A stretch of 64,000 bases of DNA from Nanobdellota archaeon. Its GTDB lineage: Archaea; Nanobdellota; Nanobdellia; Pacearchaeales; GW2011-AR1. The stretch covers positions 160,001-224,000 of the forward strand of contig JBBSXC010000004.1 of assembly GCA_038045945.1 (NCBI GenBank), written 5' to 3'. The notes beneath the pieces were generated by a model. It had not been told where the DNA came from and made no database searches. It saw only the letters and a program-made list of their open reading frames with translations. The translations under genes and the position numbers were made by a program. This document shows, piece after piece, positions 1-10,279 of this stretch (the stretch's first letter is position 1; every line of letters begins with the position of its first letter).

Positions 1-922
1 GTAAGTATTTTAGAACTCTATTAAAATTATTCTCTAAGGATGCCTTGCTGGATTCTGAAAATACCGCTAAAAAAACTTGGTGAAGAGCTAGAACGCCTGA
101 CAGACCAAAAACTAGGGTGTAACCTGCACGATAAAAACCAACATATTCAGAACTGACAAATACTCCAAGCATTACAGTATCAATATACGAAAAGAAAACA
201 CCAGAAATACCCCCAATTGTCAGGTAACCGAGGAAAGAAAGTACCTCCCGCTTATTTATAATAATAGATGAATCATTTTTTGAGAATAAGAACGGAAGAA
301 ATTTTTTGTAATAATAGTAGCAATAAAAGGTTATTAGAAGCATCGAGATTATTAACACAATTATCACTCCCGAAACATAATAAGCCCTTATTGTCAAAGC
401 AAAGGCTACAAGTGAGAGAATTATTCTTGATAACTGAAAAATTATTTCCTTAGCGTTAAGATAGAATGTTTTATGGGAGATGTATAGTGCTGACTCAAAA
501 AAGGATTGAAGAGAGAAAAGAAAAACGTATAGTGAACAAAGAATCAAAGGAAAGAATAATGATGGTTTATCAAAAAAGTAATAGGCTAAAGGGTATGATA
601 AGATCAGTATCAAGGATGAAACTACAATAGTCAAAATTATTTTTAGCCTGAAAATATACTTAAAATATGACCTCGCTATCTTTTTATTGTTTAAATTTGA
701 TGAAACATACTTAATAAATGTCTGATTTATCCCTAAATCAGCGAAAGTCAAGAATATCAAAGCTACTGATGTAGCTAATGAATAAATGCCAAAACCTTCT
801 GGAAGAAGAAACCTAGCAATAATTATCGTAAATATTAATGCCCCAGCCCTACTGAGGATATTTGATGAAACACTCCAAAAAGATCCCTTGACCGTCTTAG
901 TGGTAATACTCTCTCTTTTCAT
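1..922 (-). CDS. Oligosaccharide flippase (Wzx/MOP family), partial, runs off the window edge
   Basis: Not in ORF track. Read manually from ATG at 922: MKRESITTKTVKGSFWSVSSNILSRAGALIFTIIIARFLLPEGFGIYSLA, typical Wzx N-terminus (ARxLxPExFGxY); hydrophobic; lies in a glycosylation cluster. Confidence 0.85.
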   Translation of the reverse strand, partial: MKRESITTKTVKGSFWSVSSNILSRAGALIFTIIIARFLLPEGFGIYSLATSVALIFLTFADLGINQTFIKYVSSNLNNKKIARSYFKYIFRLKIILTIVVSSLILILSYPLAYYFFDKPSLFFPLILCSLYVFLFSLQSFFESALYISHKTFYLNAKEIIFQLSRIILSLVAFALTIRAYYVSGVIIVLIISMLLITFYCYYYYKKFLPFLFSKNDSSIIINKREVLSFLGYLTIGGISGVFFSYIDTVMLGVFVSSEYVGFYRAGYTLVFGLSGVLALHQVFLAVFSESSKASLENNFNRVLKYL

Positions 923-953
923 AAGAAATAAATGACAAAACGTATTTAAATAA

Positions 954-2330
954 CTAATCAACAATACGATAAGCGTCAAATCTTTGTTTTAGAACTTCCC
1001 AATTAGAAGAATTCTCACCACTCTTGACGTGGTTATAAACTTGTAATGCCATATCCCATGATTGATCAGTGTTATTATAGTTGAATCTTCCAGGCCTGCC
1101 AATAACGTATAAACCTTTAATGGAATCGAAATATTTTAGTGTTGGATCTAAATTTTCTAAAAACCCCTTAAGATAAACTGGATAAACCCTAGGACCTGTT
1201 TTTATGAAGTGTTCTTCAATTTCGCTATCATCTTTGATTATACCAACTTTTTTTAGTTGATCAATTATTATGGAAACATTTTCTTTTGTAGGTTCCTTAG
1301 TTGTCTCAACCATGAGTCCAGTCTTGCCAGGAGGAGATGACTGCGGAGAGAAAGCTTTTTGTTCACTAACCCTATGGAAAAGGAACTTTTTTTCTGGGAA
1401 AAAAACCCAACAGTCGTTCAAGGCTCTTTCTTTATTAAGAATAATGTATAATACACTTACTGGCTGGTACTTAAGTTTTGAAGCAAAAACTTTAGCTTTT
1501 ACGTGCGCAGGGTCAGAATCTTTAATGATATTAATTAAGTAATCAGGAAAAATTGTCGATATTACGTAATCAGGCTTTATTCTAACACGACCAATTAGTA
1601 AAGACTCAATTTTTCTATCCTTAACCTTAATTTCACTAACAATTTTTTGCAAATAAATAATCCCACCATTATCCTCAATGGATTTCTTCAAGTTATCAGA
1701 TAACTGCTTCATGCCCTTAGGAGGATAATGAAAGAAGTTTACGGATATCCCTGAAGTGTCACCAGTTAAAGTCTTCTTTATTAATTCTGCAAGACTAGAA
1801 ACAGCAACTCTTCTAATTGCCAACTCTTTATCAAGATCAAAGCCCGGAGTATTCCAAACTTTTTCTGCGTAATCCTTAAATGATAAACTATAAAGAGTTT
1901 TACCAAAACGGTTTAACAAATAATTCTCATAAGAGTCATCAGGCATCTTACTAAGAGACTTTGTAAAAAGGTCTATACCTGCCTTAACAGCAATCAGTGG
2001 TATTCTCTTAGCAACTTGAGAAATTTTTAGTGGAAACTGAAAATAGTTATCCTTAAGATAAATCTTGTTTCTTTTCTCAACCCTTAGCAATGGAGTAACA
2101 TTATTCATTTCTTTAACAATCCCAGGAATCACCGTCGCTATCTTATGAGGCCCGAAATCAAAATGAAACCCCTTATAATCAAAACCATGAGCTAATCCGC
2201 CAACGAATGATTCTTTCTCAACAACAATAACCTCATATGATGGGTCTGCAGAAAAATAATAAGCTGAGGCTAACCCAGCAATTCCGGCACCAATAATTAC
2301 TACTTTCTTCTTTTTATTGATAATCTTCAT
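954..2330 (-). CDS. FAD-dependent oxidoreductase (protoporphyrinogen oxidase / UDP-galactopyranose mutase-like)
   Basis: N-terminal GAGIAGL Rossmann motif, E..VGG, FDFGPH, C-terminal GRPGRFNYNN; sugar-modification context. Confidence 0.8.
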   Translation of the reverse strand: MKIINKKKKVVIIGAGIAGLASAYYFSADPSYEVIVVEKESFVGGLAHGFDYKGFHFDFGPHKIATVIPGIVKEMNNVTPLLRVEKRNKIYLKDNYFQFPLKISQVAKRIPLIAVKAGIDLFTKSLSKMPDDSYENYLLNRFGKTLYSLSFKDYAEKVWNTPGFDLDKELAIRRVAVSSLAELIKKTLTGDTSGISVNFFHYPPKGMKQLSDNLKKSIEDNGGIIYLQKIVSEIKVKDRKIESLLIGRVRIKPDYVISTIFPDYLINIIKDSDPAHVKAKVFASKLKYQPVSVLYIILNKERALNDCWVFFPEKKFLFHRVSEQKAFSPQSSPPGKTGLMVETTKEPTKENVSIIIDQLKKVGIIKDDSEIEEHFIKTGPRVYPVYLKGFLENLDPTLKYFDSIKGLYVIGRPGRFNYNNTDQSWDMALQVYNHVKSGENSSNWEVLKQRFDAYRIVD

Positions 2331-3259
2331 TGTTTTCTTGCAAGCACTAAAGTCTGACCCATCCAGTAAGGAACCTGAACTTCATCTATACCTAAAGCAC
2401 TTGACATTTTTTTGAATGGAACAACCAATGATTTAACATAAGCTTGAGCTCTAGTTAAAATATATCCTAATCCCAGAGTTTGCCAATGTTTTTTGAACTT
2501 AAAAGCTGAAAAACCGTTCTTTTTAAGAATCATCTTAATAGTTCTTGGAGTAAAATAAAATATGTGGACTCTTAGAAGGAAAACCCACTTTTTTCCCATA
2601 AGTCTTGCAACAGCACTGTCAATATCAGGATAATTAATAACTAAGACCCCTCCTTTCTTAAGGATTCTATTACACTCCTTTAGTACTGCTGAAGGATCAG
2701 ATACATGTTCTAAAACATCCCAAAGTGTTACAACATCAAAATGGTTTGAAGGGAACTTGTTAGAGAATATGTCACCAGGTTTTACGTCAATACCATAATT
2801 TTTTTTAGCCCATTGACAAAGCCACTTGTTAGGTTCAACACCATAAACATCCCAAGACCTATCTTTAGCTACTTTTAAGAATGACGCTCCAGCAGTCCCA
2901 ATATCAAGAATTTTCCCTTTCTTAGAATAATCCTCAATAAGCTTTAGAGACTTATTAAAAGTCATCTCTCTACCTTTAACTTGAGAAACAAAAACTTCAT
3001 CCTTACCCTCAGAATAACCCTTAAGTATGATTCTAGGATTTAGCCTAGGATTAACATACTCTAAACCGCACTTTTTACACCTAACTATTCTATCACTACT
3101 AACAACATTACTTGAAGACTTATACTCAGACTTAGCAATATTATCTATTTCTCCACCCTCAGCACCAGATAATTCTCCTTCAAAGATTACCTTGTAATCA
3201 TTACTCCCGCAAATATTACAATTTATCGTTTCGAATAATTCTTCTTTCGCCTTAGCCAT
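2327..3259 (-). CDS. Class I SAM-dependent methyltransferase with N-terminal Zn ribbon
   Basis: CNICG...CKKCG; ILDIGTAG motif I; FDVVTLWDVLEH. Confidence 0.85.
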   Translation of the reverse strand: MAKAKEELFETINCNICGSNDYKVIFEGELSGAEGGEIDNIAKSEYKSSSNVVSSDRIVRCKKCGLEYVNPRLNPRIILKGYSEGKDEVFVSQVKGREMTFNKSLKLIEDYSKKGKILDIGTAGASFLKVAKDRSWDVYGVEPNKWLCQWAKKNYGIDVKPGDIFSNKFPSNHFDVVTLWDVLEHVSDPSAVLKECNRILKKGGVLVINYPDIDSAVARLMGKKWVFLLRVHIFYFTPRTIKMILKKNGFSAFKFKKHWQTLGLGYILTRAQAYVKSLVVPFKKMSSALGIDEVQVPYWMGQTLVLARKQ

Positions 3260-3323
3260 GATCGGGAGAGGAGAGACGTGTTTTTAAAGATTATTAGTGT
3301 CTCAAAAATTACAAAAAATTTTC

Positions 3324-4010
3324 TTAATCAACAAACCGATACTTTATCAAAGTCCAAATAGCTTCTATTCCATCACGGAACTTAATCTTCTTACCTTCTT
3401 TTAGAGTTCTAGGATAATAACTAATAGGCAGTTCAAGAATTTTCCAGCCAGCTTTAGAAACTTTTGCTGTTACTTCAGGACAAAACTCAAAACGTTTAGA
3501 CTTAAGATGTAAAGACTTAAGGACTGAAGTATCAAAAACTTTGTAGCATGTAGGCTCATCAGTTATTTTAGAAGAATAAAGAATATTAGCCATGTGAGTA
3601 AGTACTCTATTAGCAGCAAAATAAGGGTTTAGGATACCTGGACGCTTATCAGGAGTGGAAAATCTTGAGCCATAAACAACTTTTACCCTACCATCAATTA
3701 TGGGCTTAATGAGTCTTTTGTAATCCGCAGGGTCATACTCTAAATCAGCATCCTGAATGATTGTAATATCACCAGTAACATGTTTTATTCCAGTTCTTAT
3801 AGCAGAACTTTTACCCCTGTTCTTATCATGAAAAAATACTTTTATTTCAGTATCATTAATCTTTTCTAAAAATTCTCTAGTACCGTCTGTTGACCCATCA
3901 TCAATGATTATTATTTCTTTAGGAATCTTTACAGCCTTAACTTTCTTGATTATTTGCGAAATACTTCTGATTTCATTAAAAGCAGGTATTATTATTGATA
4001 ATTTATTCAT
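3324..4010 (-). CDS. GT2 glycosyltransferase (dolichol-phosphate sugar synthase-like)
   Basis: SIIIPAFNE, DDGSTDGT, QDADLEYDP motifs. Confidence 0.9.
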   Translation of the reverse strand: MNKLSIIIPAFNEIRSISQIIKKVKAVKIPKEIIIIDDGSTDGTREFLEKINDTEIKVFFHDKNRGKSSAIRTGIKHVTGDITIIQDADLEYDPADYKRLIKPIIDGRVKVVYGSRFSTPDKRPGILNPYFAANRVLTHMANILYSSKITDEPTCYKVFDTSVLKSLHLKSKRFEFCPEVTAKVSKAGWKILELPISYYPRTLKEGKKIKFRDGIEAIWTLIKYRFVD

Positions 4011-4046
4011 AATGTAGAATGTTAAAAGATTCTTTAAAAACTTTTG

Positions 4047-5840
4047 TTAATCACTCCTATAAACATGATAGAAGGGGTAAGCTATTAGCACCATTGAAGC
4101 AATTATTGACGCTATAAGAATAACCCAGGCACTACCATAAAGAAGACTGTTAAATAATCCGTTAACTTCATAATTATCATAAATTTGTTCTTTAGGAATG
4201 TAGTTCATAGGATAATAAAACCAAGTATGAGTTGAGTCGACCGACAAAATTATTCTTGGATCCATATCAACCACTGCCGAGTAAACTTTGAAAATTACTT
4301 GCCCAGGCCTTTCTTCAGCATTATACCCACCGGTAATACTCTTTTCCAGTTTCCCTTGAGATGCAAATAATGAAACTAAGGCCTCTGAAGAATCATTAAG
4401 CTCACCAGCACCGACAGTGCCCCAACCACAGTCATCAATAGCACACTCAACAAAATAAATTTTTGTAGGAACTTTTTGTCCGCCGCTAAGATTCTGGTTA
4501 AGTTGCATTAGTTGCGGGAAAAGTGATGCCTCAAGATAATGAAAATCGTTAAAAGCCCAAGCTACCCTGCCACGATAAACTCTTGAATCAACAACAACTA
4601 TAGAATTTTTATCAATGCTGTCAGAGGCGTAACTTCTAAGCCCAGACAGCCCTCCACGACTAGTAACATATGGCCAAAGCATGAATAATTGTGAAATAAT
4701 CAGTGCTAAAACTATTATAGTTAAAACTCTCTTTTTATTGATTAATAACCCTATTTTTTCTCCAATAAATACTAGTGCATAACCGCAGAATATTGCTAGG
4801 ACTGGCATGAGAGTGGTATAATGAGTTTGCAACCAGTTTGATAATATTAACAGAATAAACCCAGAGAAAAAATAAGCCACCAATATCCACCAATAATTTC
4901 TCTTATCTTTATTAATCATAAAAGACAATAATAACCCGATTATACCAAGAGAAATTATTAAAGGATCTAATTTGAATATCTCTGAAGAGACACTATGAAC
5001 CCCTTGGAAAAACTTGGGCAAGAAATGAGCCACATCGTTACTATAGCCCAACTGACCAGCATAATTCTCTCTAAGACTTGGAAAGAAGTATTGTGCAAAA
5101 TAAGTATCAACCATCCCCTTATCCTGATACCATAAATAGTTATGGATAAGTATTGGAGAATAAATAGCTAAGATTATCAAGCCAAAAAGAATAATTTTTT
5201 TTGTATTAGCCCAAAGAAGTTTTTTCTTCAACCCACCATTATAAAAAAGTATTGCTACAAAAAATGCTGGGACAAAGAATAGTGACAAAGTTTTTATTAA
5301 AGCAGCGATACCAATACAAATCGCCGATAAATAAGGATACTTTTTCTTTTCAGAGTCAATAATTAGAGAATAAAGAGCAACCACCAAAAAAAATGTTGCT
5401 GCTAAGTCCATTTCCGCTAAAGAATAACGAATGGTGAAAAAGGACATAGCCAGACTTAAAGATGATATTACAGCTACTTTCTTATTAAAAATCTTAACAG
5501 CTAGGAGATAAATCATGATTATTGTTAATGAACCAAAAAAAACTGATAAAAATCTTGATGAAAGAAGAGAAACCCCCATCAGAGAGTAAACAATGTCAGT
5601 AAGATATAACCAGACTGGAGCTTGGAGTATCGTACTTAAAAGTCCAGAATGTAGGAATCCTATAGCCCTAGGAGCATGAATCATCTCATCACCAAGAGGT
5701 GTGATACTGTTAGCCATCAAAACCCTTAATAGGAAACCTAATGGAACAATCCAAAGCAAGTGTTTCTTTAGGTCATTAGAGAATAAGAAGTCCACAAACC
5801 TGTCAGACAAACCCCTCTTAGTGCTATGTTCTCCTTCCAT
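4047..5840 (-). CDS. Membrane GT-C glycosyltransferase (ArnT/PMT_2, GT39/83-like)
   Basis: Polytopic membrane protein, DE motif after TM1 (LGDEMIH), P-x-W-x-Y loop, SRFLS; start set to ATG 5840. Confidence 0.75.
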   Translation of the reverse strand: MEGEHSTKRGLSDRFVDFLFSNDLKKHLLWIVPLGFLLRVLMANSITPLGDEMIHAPRAIGFLHSGLLSTILQAPVWLYLTDIVYSLMGVSLLSSRFLSVFFGSLTIIMIYLLAVKIFNKKVAVISSLSLAMSFFTIRYSLAEMDLAATFFLVVALYSLIIDSEKKKYPYLSAICIGIAALIKTLSLFFVPAFFVAILFYNGGLKKKLLWANTKKIILFGLIILAIYSPILIHNYLWYQDKGMVDTYFAQYFFPSLRENYAGQLGYSNDVAHFLPKFFQGVHSVSSEIFKLDPLIISLGIIGLLLSFMINKDKRNYWWILVAYFFSGFILLILSNWLQTHYTTLMPVLAIFCGYALVFIGEKIGLLINKKRVLTIIVLALIISQLFMLWPYVTSRGGLSGLRSYASDSIDKNSIVVVDSRVYRGRVAWAFNDFHYLEASLFPQLMQLNQNLSGGQKVPTKIYFVECAIDDCGWGTVGAGELNDSSEALVSLFASQGKLEKSITGGYNAEERPGQVIFKVYSAVVDMDPRIILSVDSTHTWFYYPMNYIPKEQIYDNYEVNGLFNSLLYGSAWVILIASIIASMVLIAYPFYHVYRSD

Positions 5841-5886
5841 GATTATTATATCCACAATTAGGATTATTTAAAATCTCGCAATTAGT

Positions 5887-7407
5887 TTATTTTGATTGAA
5901 TGTTTCTTAAGATATCAGCGAATGCAGGTCTTGTTATGAATATGCCAATACTTATACTTATTATTGTTGTGAAAGCAAAACCCTTCAGTAGTCCTGCGCC
6001 AGTCCAGAATAAAGGAATCATAGCAACAAGAATTGTTGAGAAAGCAGCAAATATTACGAACAAAGCACTTTTAATTTTGTCCTTAATACTTCTCTGAGTA
6101 TCACTGCTTGTTGATTCAGCAAGAATGATTATTTGGTCATTAACACCAGTGCCCATACCCGCTATTATACCAGCAATACTTGGAGCGTCAAGATTCCAAC
6201 CAAGGAAAGCAGCAACTCCCAGAGTTATGAAGGCTTCAGAGAACATAGTTAAGATAACTGATAAAGTAATCTTAATTTTTCTGTACTTAACAAAAATTAT
6301 TATTGAAACAATAGCAAAGACTAATAAGCCAAGAATCAGAATGTTCTTGGTAAACTCTTTACCCAGAGTTGGAGATAAAGTATCAAGCTTAACGATTTCT
6401 AACTTGTAAGGAAGACTACCAGTGATCATTATTGTCTGAAGCTTATTCATTGATGCAGTAGCATCGTTAAATGCCTCTTCTTGGGTTACACCAACACCAG
6501 AACCTTGAACACTAATCTCAGTAGTAACCTGACCCTTCAACCCCTCACTAATAAGTAAGGAATCAGTAACGATACCATCAACCAATAAATCAAGTTGTTT
6601 TTCTAAGTACCTGCCACCAATAGCAGTAGTGTTTAATTTTAGCTTAGAAGTAATATCAGCATGCCTTTGAGCGGCTTCTTGAGACAGATAAACAACGAAT
6701 GAGAATTGACAAAAATAAGTACTATCAGCCTGAGGAGAACAAGATCTGACCCCGGAACATGTAGCATCAAAACGGCAAACATCCGCTATGTCATCAGTAC
6801 CGCCAGTAAATACTGTCTGATTGCCAATTTTAGCCTCAAACTTTCCTTGTTTAGCGACGAGATCTCTAATATCAGCAGGAGTAGCACCAGCCACTTCAAT
6901 AAGCATAAACTTTTGACCAGATAAATCAGTAACAGGCCTTATAGAAATATCAGTTATGCCAAAAACGTTAAGTCTGTTACTAGTAACATCGATCAAGTCG
7001 TTAAGATCATTATCAGTAAGAACACCCTGAGGTCTAACTAACGCCCTAGCACCACCTTGTAAATCAAGGCCGGTCTTTAGTCTAGTTCTAGGCTTATTAC
7101 CAACAGTTATGTTAGGAGTAGAATCACTAAGAATTATGAATTCGCCACTATCAGTATTTATAACATACTTCTTTTCGACAGGCGAAGAAAGATCATTAAT
7201 GATTTTTGAGTAATCATCAAGGCTAGAAACTTCTAAACCGTTAAGCGAATTAATAATCATACCAGACCTTAAACCAGAAGTGTAAGCAGAAGAATTTTTT
7301 TCAACACTCTTAATGACTACACCAGGAGTTAATGAAGGATGAACAGCAACAAGCGCCACTAACAAGAAAATTATTAGTATCCAAACACGAAGACTAATCT
7401 TAAACAT
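5887..7407 (-). CDS. secD: Protein translocase subunit SecD (with PDZ-like insert)
   Basis: GLDLQGG motif, SPTLG, AGIIAGMGTGVNDQIII, LKGFA. Confidence 0.92.
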   Translation of the reverse strand: MFKISLRVWILIIFLLVALVAVHPSLTPGVVIKSVEKNSSAYTSGLRSGMIINSLNGLEVSSLDDYSKIINDLSSPVEKKYVINTDSGEFIILSDSTPNITVGNKPRTRLKTGLDLQGGARALVRPQGVLTDNDLNDLIDVTSNRLNVFGITDISIRPVTDLSGQKFMLIEVAGATPADIRDLVAKQGKFEAKIGNQTVFTGGTDDIADVCRFDATCSGVRSCSPQADSTYFCQFSFVVYLSQEAAQRHADITSKLKLNTTAIGGRYLEKQLDLLVDGIVTDSLLISEGLKGQVTTEISVQGSGVGVTQEEAFNDATASMNKLQTIMITGSLPYKLEIVKLDTLSPTLGKEFTKNILILGLLVFAIVSIIIFVKYRKIKITLSVILTMFSEAFITLGVAAFLGWNLDAPSIAGIIAGMGTGVNDQIIILAESTSSDTQRSIKDKIKSALFVIFAAFSTILVAMIPLFWTGAGLLKGFAFTTIISISIGIFITRPAFADILRNIQSK

Positions 7408-8567
7408 TAGTTTATACCCTTCCTTTTACAGTATAATTTAATTATTCCAGCATTAGTAAGCCATGTATTAATGATATCAGCAAATAACCCAATAGATATA
7501 ACTAAAAATATTTGTCTGAAAGAGTCAGGAAGACCAGTAACTAACAAAAATGCAGGCAGCACAGAAGCTAGAGCAGTAATAGTCATGAATAATCCAGTAT
7601 TAAAAGCGCCTTTAATTCTATGATTAACCGTCCCCTCTCTACTCCTTAAAACTCTATTAGTCAATAAGATGTCAGTATCAACGCTATAACCAATAATCAT
7701 TAAGAAAGCAACAAGACCAGCTGATGACAACTTAACACCCATTAAGTCAACAACAACAGTGACAAAAACTAAGTTTGAGAAAGCAGCAAAAACAACAGCA
7801 ATACTAGGAACACTATTAATTGAGTAAATAATAAGAAGTAATAACAAACTAACAAAAACCATAAAGTACAAAGGATAAAATAATGATGAAAGGAATAATA
7901 AGGCTGATAGTCCAAAGAAGATCTTGTTAATATTTTTCTCCTTACGTATGTTGATAAGTGAATAAATTATTGCTGCTGCACCAATAAGGATAACAAACCC
8001 AAATAAAAACCCGCTAGCAGGGAAAGTAAGCCTCACAGCAGATAATGATAAGAATACGCACAAGGACTTAACAAACTTACTTTCTCCAAAAATTATGAAT
8101 ACTACCAGCCCCATAAGTATGAACGATAACAAAATAACTTTTAGTAGTTCAGAATAAAAAGAAGAACTAATTGAAGGACCGTTAAATTCAGTACTAGAAT
8201 TATCAGAAGTTAAAACGATGCCTAAAGCATCTTCAACTAATGGCTTAAGAACATCAGGATCTAAAGATGACTCAACAACTAAAGCCAAATCAGTATTAGT
8301 GCTTAAGTCACTAAGGCGCTTAAAACCAACATCAGGAATAGCAGCCTTTAGTAATGATTCTGAAAGATCAAGATCATTAAGAACGGATTTTTCACTAATA
8401 GTAACAGTTGTCCCACCAGCCAGAGAAATATCCTTATAGATAAAGTCACCATTAACAGAATAAAAATTTCCTAGGTAGAATAAAGAAGCAATAACTAAGA
8501 CTACAGGAATTAGCAATAAAGCAATATAATACTTGTCATAAAACAAGCCAAATTTTGTTTTTTCCAT
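7407..8567 (-). CDS. secF: Protein translocase subunit SecF
   Basis: DISLAGG, GPSIS, LMIIGYSVDTDILL; directly upstream of secD. Confidence 0.9.
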   Translation of the reverse strand: MEKTKFGLFYDKYYIALLLIPVVLVIASLFYLGNFYSVNGDFIYKDISLAGGTTVTISEKSVLNDLDLSESLLKAAIPDVGFKRLSDLSTNTDLALVVESSLDPDVLKPLVEDALGIVLTSDNSSTEFNGPSISSSFYSELLKVILLSFILMGLVVFIIFGESKFVKSLCVFLSLSAVRLTFPASGFLFGFVILIGAAAIIYSLINIRKEKNINKIFFGLSALLFLSSLFYPLYFMVFVSLLLLLIIYSINSVPSIAVVFAAFSNLVFVTVVVDLMGVKLSSAGLVAFLMIIGYSVDTDILLTNRVLRSREGTVNHRIKGAFNTGLFMTITALASVLPAFLLVTGLPDSFRQIFLVISIGLFADIINTWLTNAGIIKLYCKRKGIN

Positions 8568-8577
8568 TGATTATTTA

Positions 8578-8648
8578 TGCACCCGCCGGGATTTGAACCC
8601 AGGTCGCGAACTTGGAAGGCTCGCATTCTGCCGCTGAACTACGGGTGC
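8578..8648 (-). tRNA. tRNA-Gly(TCC)
   Basis: Reverse complement GCACCCGTAGTTCAGCGGCAGAATGCGAGCCTTCCAAGTTCGCGACCTGGGTTCAAATCCCGGCGGGTGCA folds as a cloverleaf; loop CTTCCAA; no intron, no encoded CCA. Confidence 0.95.
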
Positions 8649-8705
8649 CCAATAGTATAAGAACATTACTAAAGGGTTTTAAAGGTTTCTTATTGAGAGT
8701 TAAAA

Positions 8706-8780
8706 CGCACCCGATAGGATTTGAACCTACGACCAACAGGTTAGGAACCTGCTACTCTATCCAGGCTGAGCTACGGGTGC
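8706..8780 (-). tRNA. tRNA-Arg(CCT)
   Basis: Cloverleaf; anticodon arm GCAGG-TTCCTAA-CCTGT; T loop GTTCAAATC. Confidence 0.95.
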
Positions 8781-8787
8781 AAACCGA

Positions 8788-8871
8788 TGCGGGATATAGG
8801 AATCGAACCTATGCAGGCACTAAGCCCCCGGCTTTTGAGACCGGTCCGTTTGACCGCTCCGGCAATCCCGC
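8788..8871 (-). tRNA. tRNA-Leu(CAA)
   Basis: Cloverleaf with long variable arm GGCTTAGTGCC; anticodon arm CCGGT-CTCAAAA-GCCGG. Confidence 0.95.
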
Positions 8872-8949
8872 CTATGATAAATAGTCGCGGTCAAACACAT
8901 TTAAAAATGTATAGAAAATGCTTTAAAGAAGAATAACAAGTTAAGTTAG

Positions 8950-9783
8950 ATGTCGACATTAGCAGATATAAGAACACTAATAAGATGCGAAAAGAACTGG
9001 CTAATAGCAAAAGTACCAATAAAAGAAAAATTGGCATTCCTAGGAAGACAAGCTTCAGGAATAATAAAAAATTCTAAAAAAATAAAATATTTAGGAAGAA
9101 CACTCCACTATGACAGAAAATGGGAACCCATACTCATAGCAGAATACCCAAATGAGATAGAGATGATAACAAAAAAATTAGACTTCAAAAAAATAAAAAA
9201 TGTTTTAGATATAGGAGCAAACGTAGGACAATGGGGAATAACACTAAAATCATACTTCCCAAACATAGAATTATACTCTTTTGAGCCAGTACCAGAAACC
9301 TTCTGGATACTAAAAGACAATTCTTCAAAAATAAAAAGTTGGGAAGTTTTCAATTACGGAATTAATGAAAAAGATAGCAACAAAAAAATAAGTTATGCGG
9401 TAGGAGCATCAGCAGAAGCAACGTATTTTAAAGAAAACATAAACCAAACACACATAAGAAAAAACGTTAAAGAAATAGATACTAAAACAATAAACCTTAA
9501 AGAAAAAAATAGAAAAAAACTCTCAATACCTAAAAACTTAAGCTTAGTAAAAATAGACGTTGAAGGATCAGAAATGGAAGTCCTAAAAGGACTAACAGAG
9601 ATAAATTATGACTACTTATACATTGAAACATCCATAGGAAGGAGAGGAAGTAGCATTAAAGAAGTAGTAAACTTTTTAGAAAAAAACAAGAAAAGTGTTA
9701 AGGTTTTATTCACTCACAGACCAGATAAACAAGCTAGTAGCGAGAACTCATTACTAGAAATAAAGAATAAAACAAACCTTTAA
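8950..9783 (+). CDS. FkbM family methyltransferase
   Basis: VLDIGANVG, YSFEP, VKIDVEGSE motifs. Confidence 0.9.
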   Translation: MSTLADIRTLIRCEKNWLIAKVPIKEKLAFLGRQASGIIKNSKKIKYLGRTLHYDRKWEPILIAEYPNEIEMITKKLDFKKIKNVLDIGANVGQWGITLKSYFPNIELYSFEPVPETFWILKDNSSKIKSWEVFNYGINEKDSNKKISYAVGASAEATYFKENINQTHIRKNVKEIDTKTINLKEKNRKKLSIPKNLSLVKIDVEGSEMEVLKGLTEINYDYLYIETSIGRRGSSIKEVVNFLEKNKKSVKVLFTHRPDKQASSENSLLEIKNKTNL

Positions 9784-9786
9784 ATA
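9779..9786 (+). promoter_or_regulatory. TATA box of 5S rRNA gene
   Basis: TTTAAATA about 25 bp upstream of the 5S 5' end. Confidence 0.55.
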
Positions 9787-9807
9787 CCGTTAATTCTGCA
9801 TATCTTT

Positions 9808-9921
9808 GAAGACGGCCATAGTGGTTTGGAAACTCCTGATCCCGTTCCGATCTCAGAAGATAAGCTTACCACGTCCGTAGTGTTAGTATCCCACAAGATG
9901 CGAAACTTGGATGCTGTCTTC
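9808..9921 (+). rRNA. rrf: 5S rRNA
   Basis: Terminal helix GAAGACGGC...GCTGTCTTC, CGGCCATAG 5' motif, loop C CCTGATCCCGTTCCGATCTCAGAAGATAAG, GCGAAAC; about 114 nt. Confidence 0.9.
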
Positions 9922-9991
9922 TTCATATTCACTTAATAAGAGATGATAACTTATTCTAAAAGTTTATAACAATAAAAGATCTATATCATTC

Positions 9992-10249
9992 ATGAGTAAG
10001 AATAGAGAACAAATAAAAAAACAAATTATTGAATTCTTCGCTAACATTAAAAGTAAAAGTCCTAAAAACGTGAAAAAGATTAAGACTCACGCAATGTCAA
10101 TAAACCTAAAATTAGGAAAAGAAAGAAAAAAGTTTTGCAAAAAATGTTACCACGTTTATGACAAAAAAGACAAAATTAGAATAACAAACAACACTAAAAA
10201 AGTAGTTTGTAATAATTGTGGGAAAATAAGTACTTGGAAAATAAAATAG
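9992..10249 (+). CDS. rnp4: Ribonuclease P protein component 4 (Rpp21/Rpr2), short form
   Basis: Basic protein, RKKFCKKC...VVCNNCG zinc ribbon. Confidence 0.75.
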   Translation: MSKNREQIKKQIIEFFANIKSKSPKNVKKIKTHAMSINLKLGKERKKFCKKCYHVYDKKDKIRITNNTKKVVCNNCGKISTWKIK

Positions 10250-10279
10250 TTTAAAAACTTCTAATTTGGTGATATATTT

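Noticed and set aside
268-453. 61-aa + strand ORF
   Set aside because: Antisense to the flippase gene
8612-8884. 90-aa ORF on + strand
   Set aside because: Overlaps three minus-strand tRNA genes
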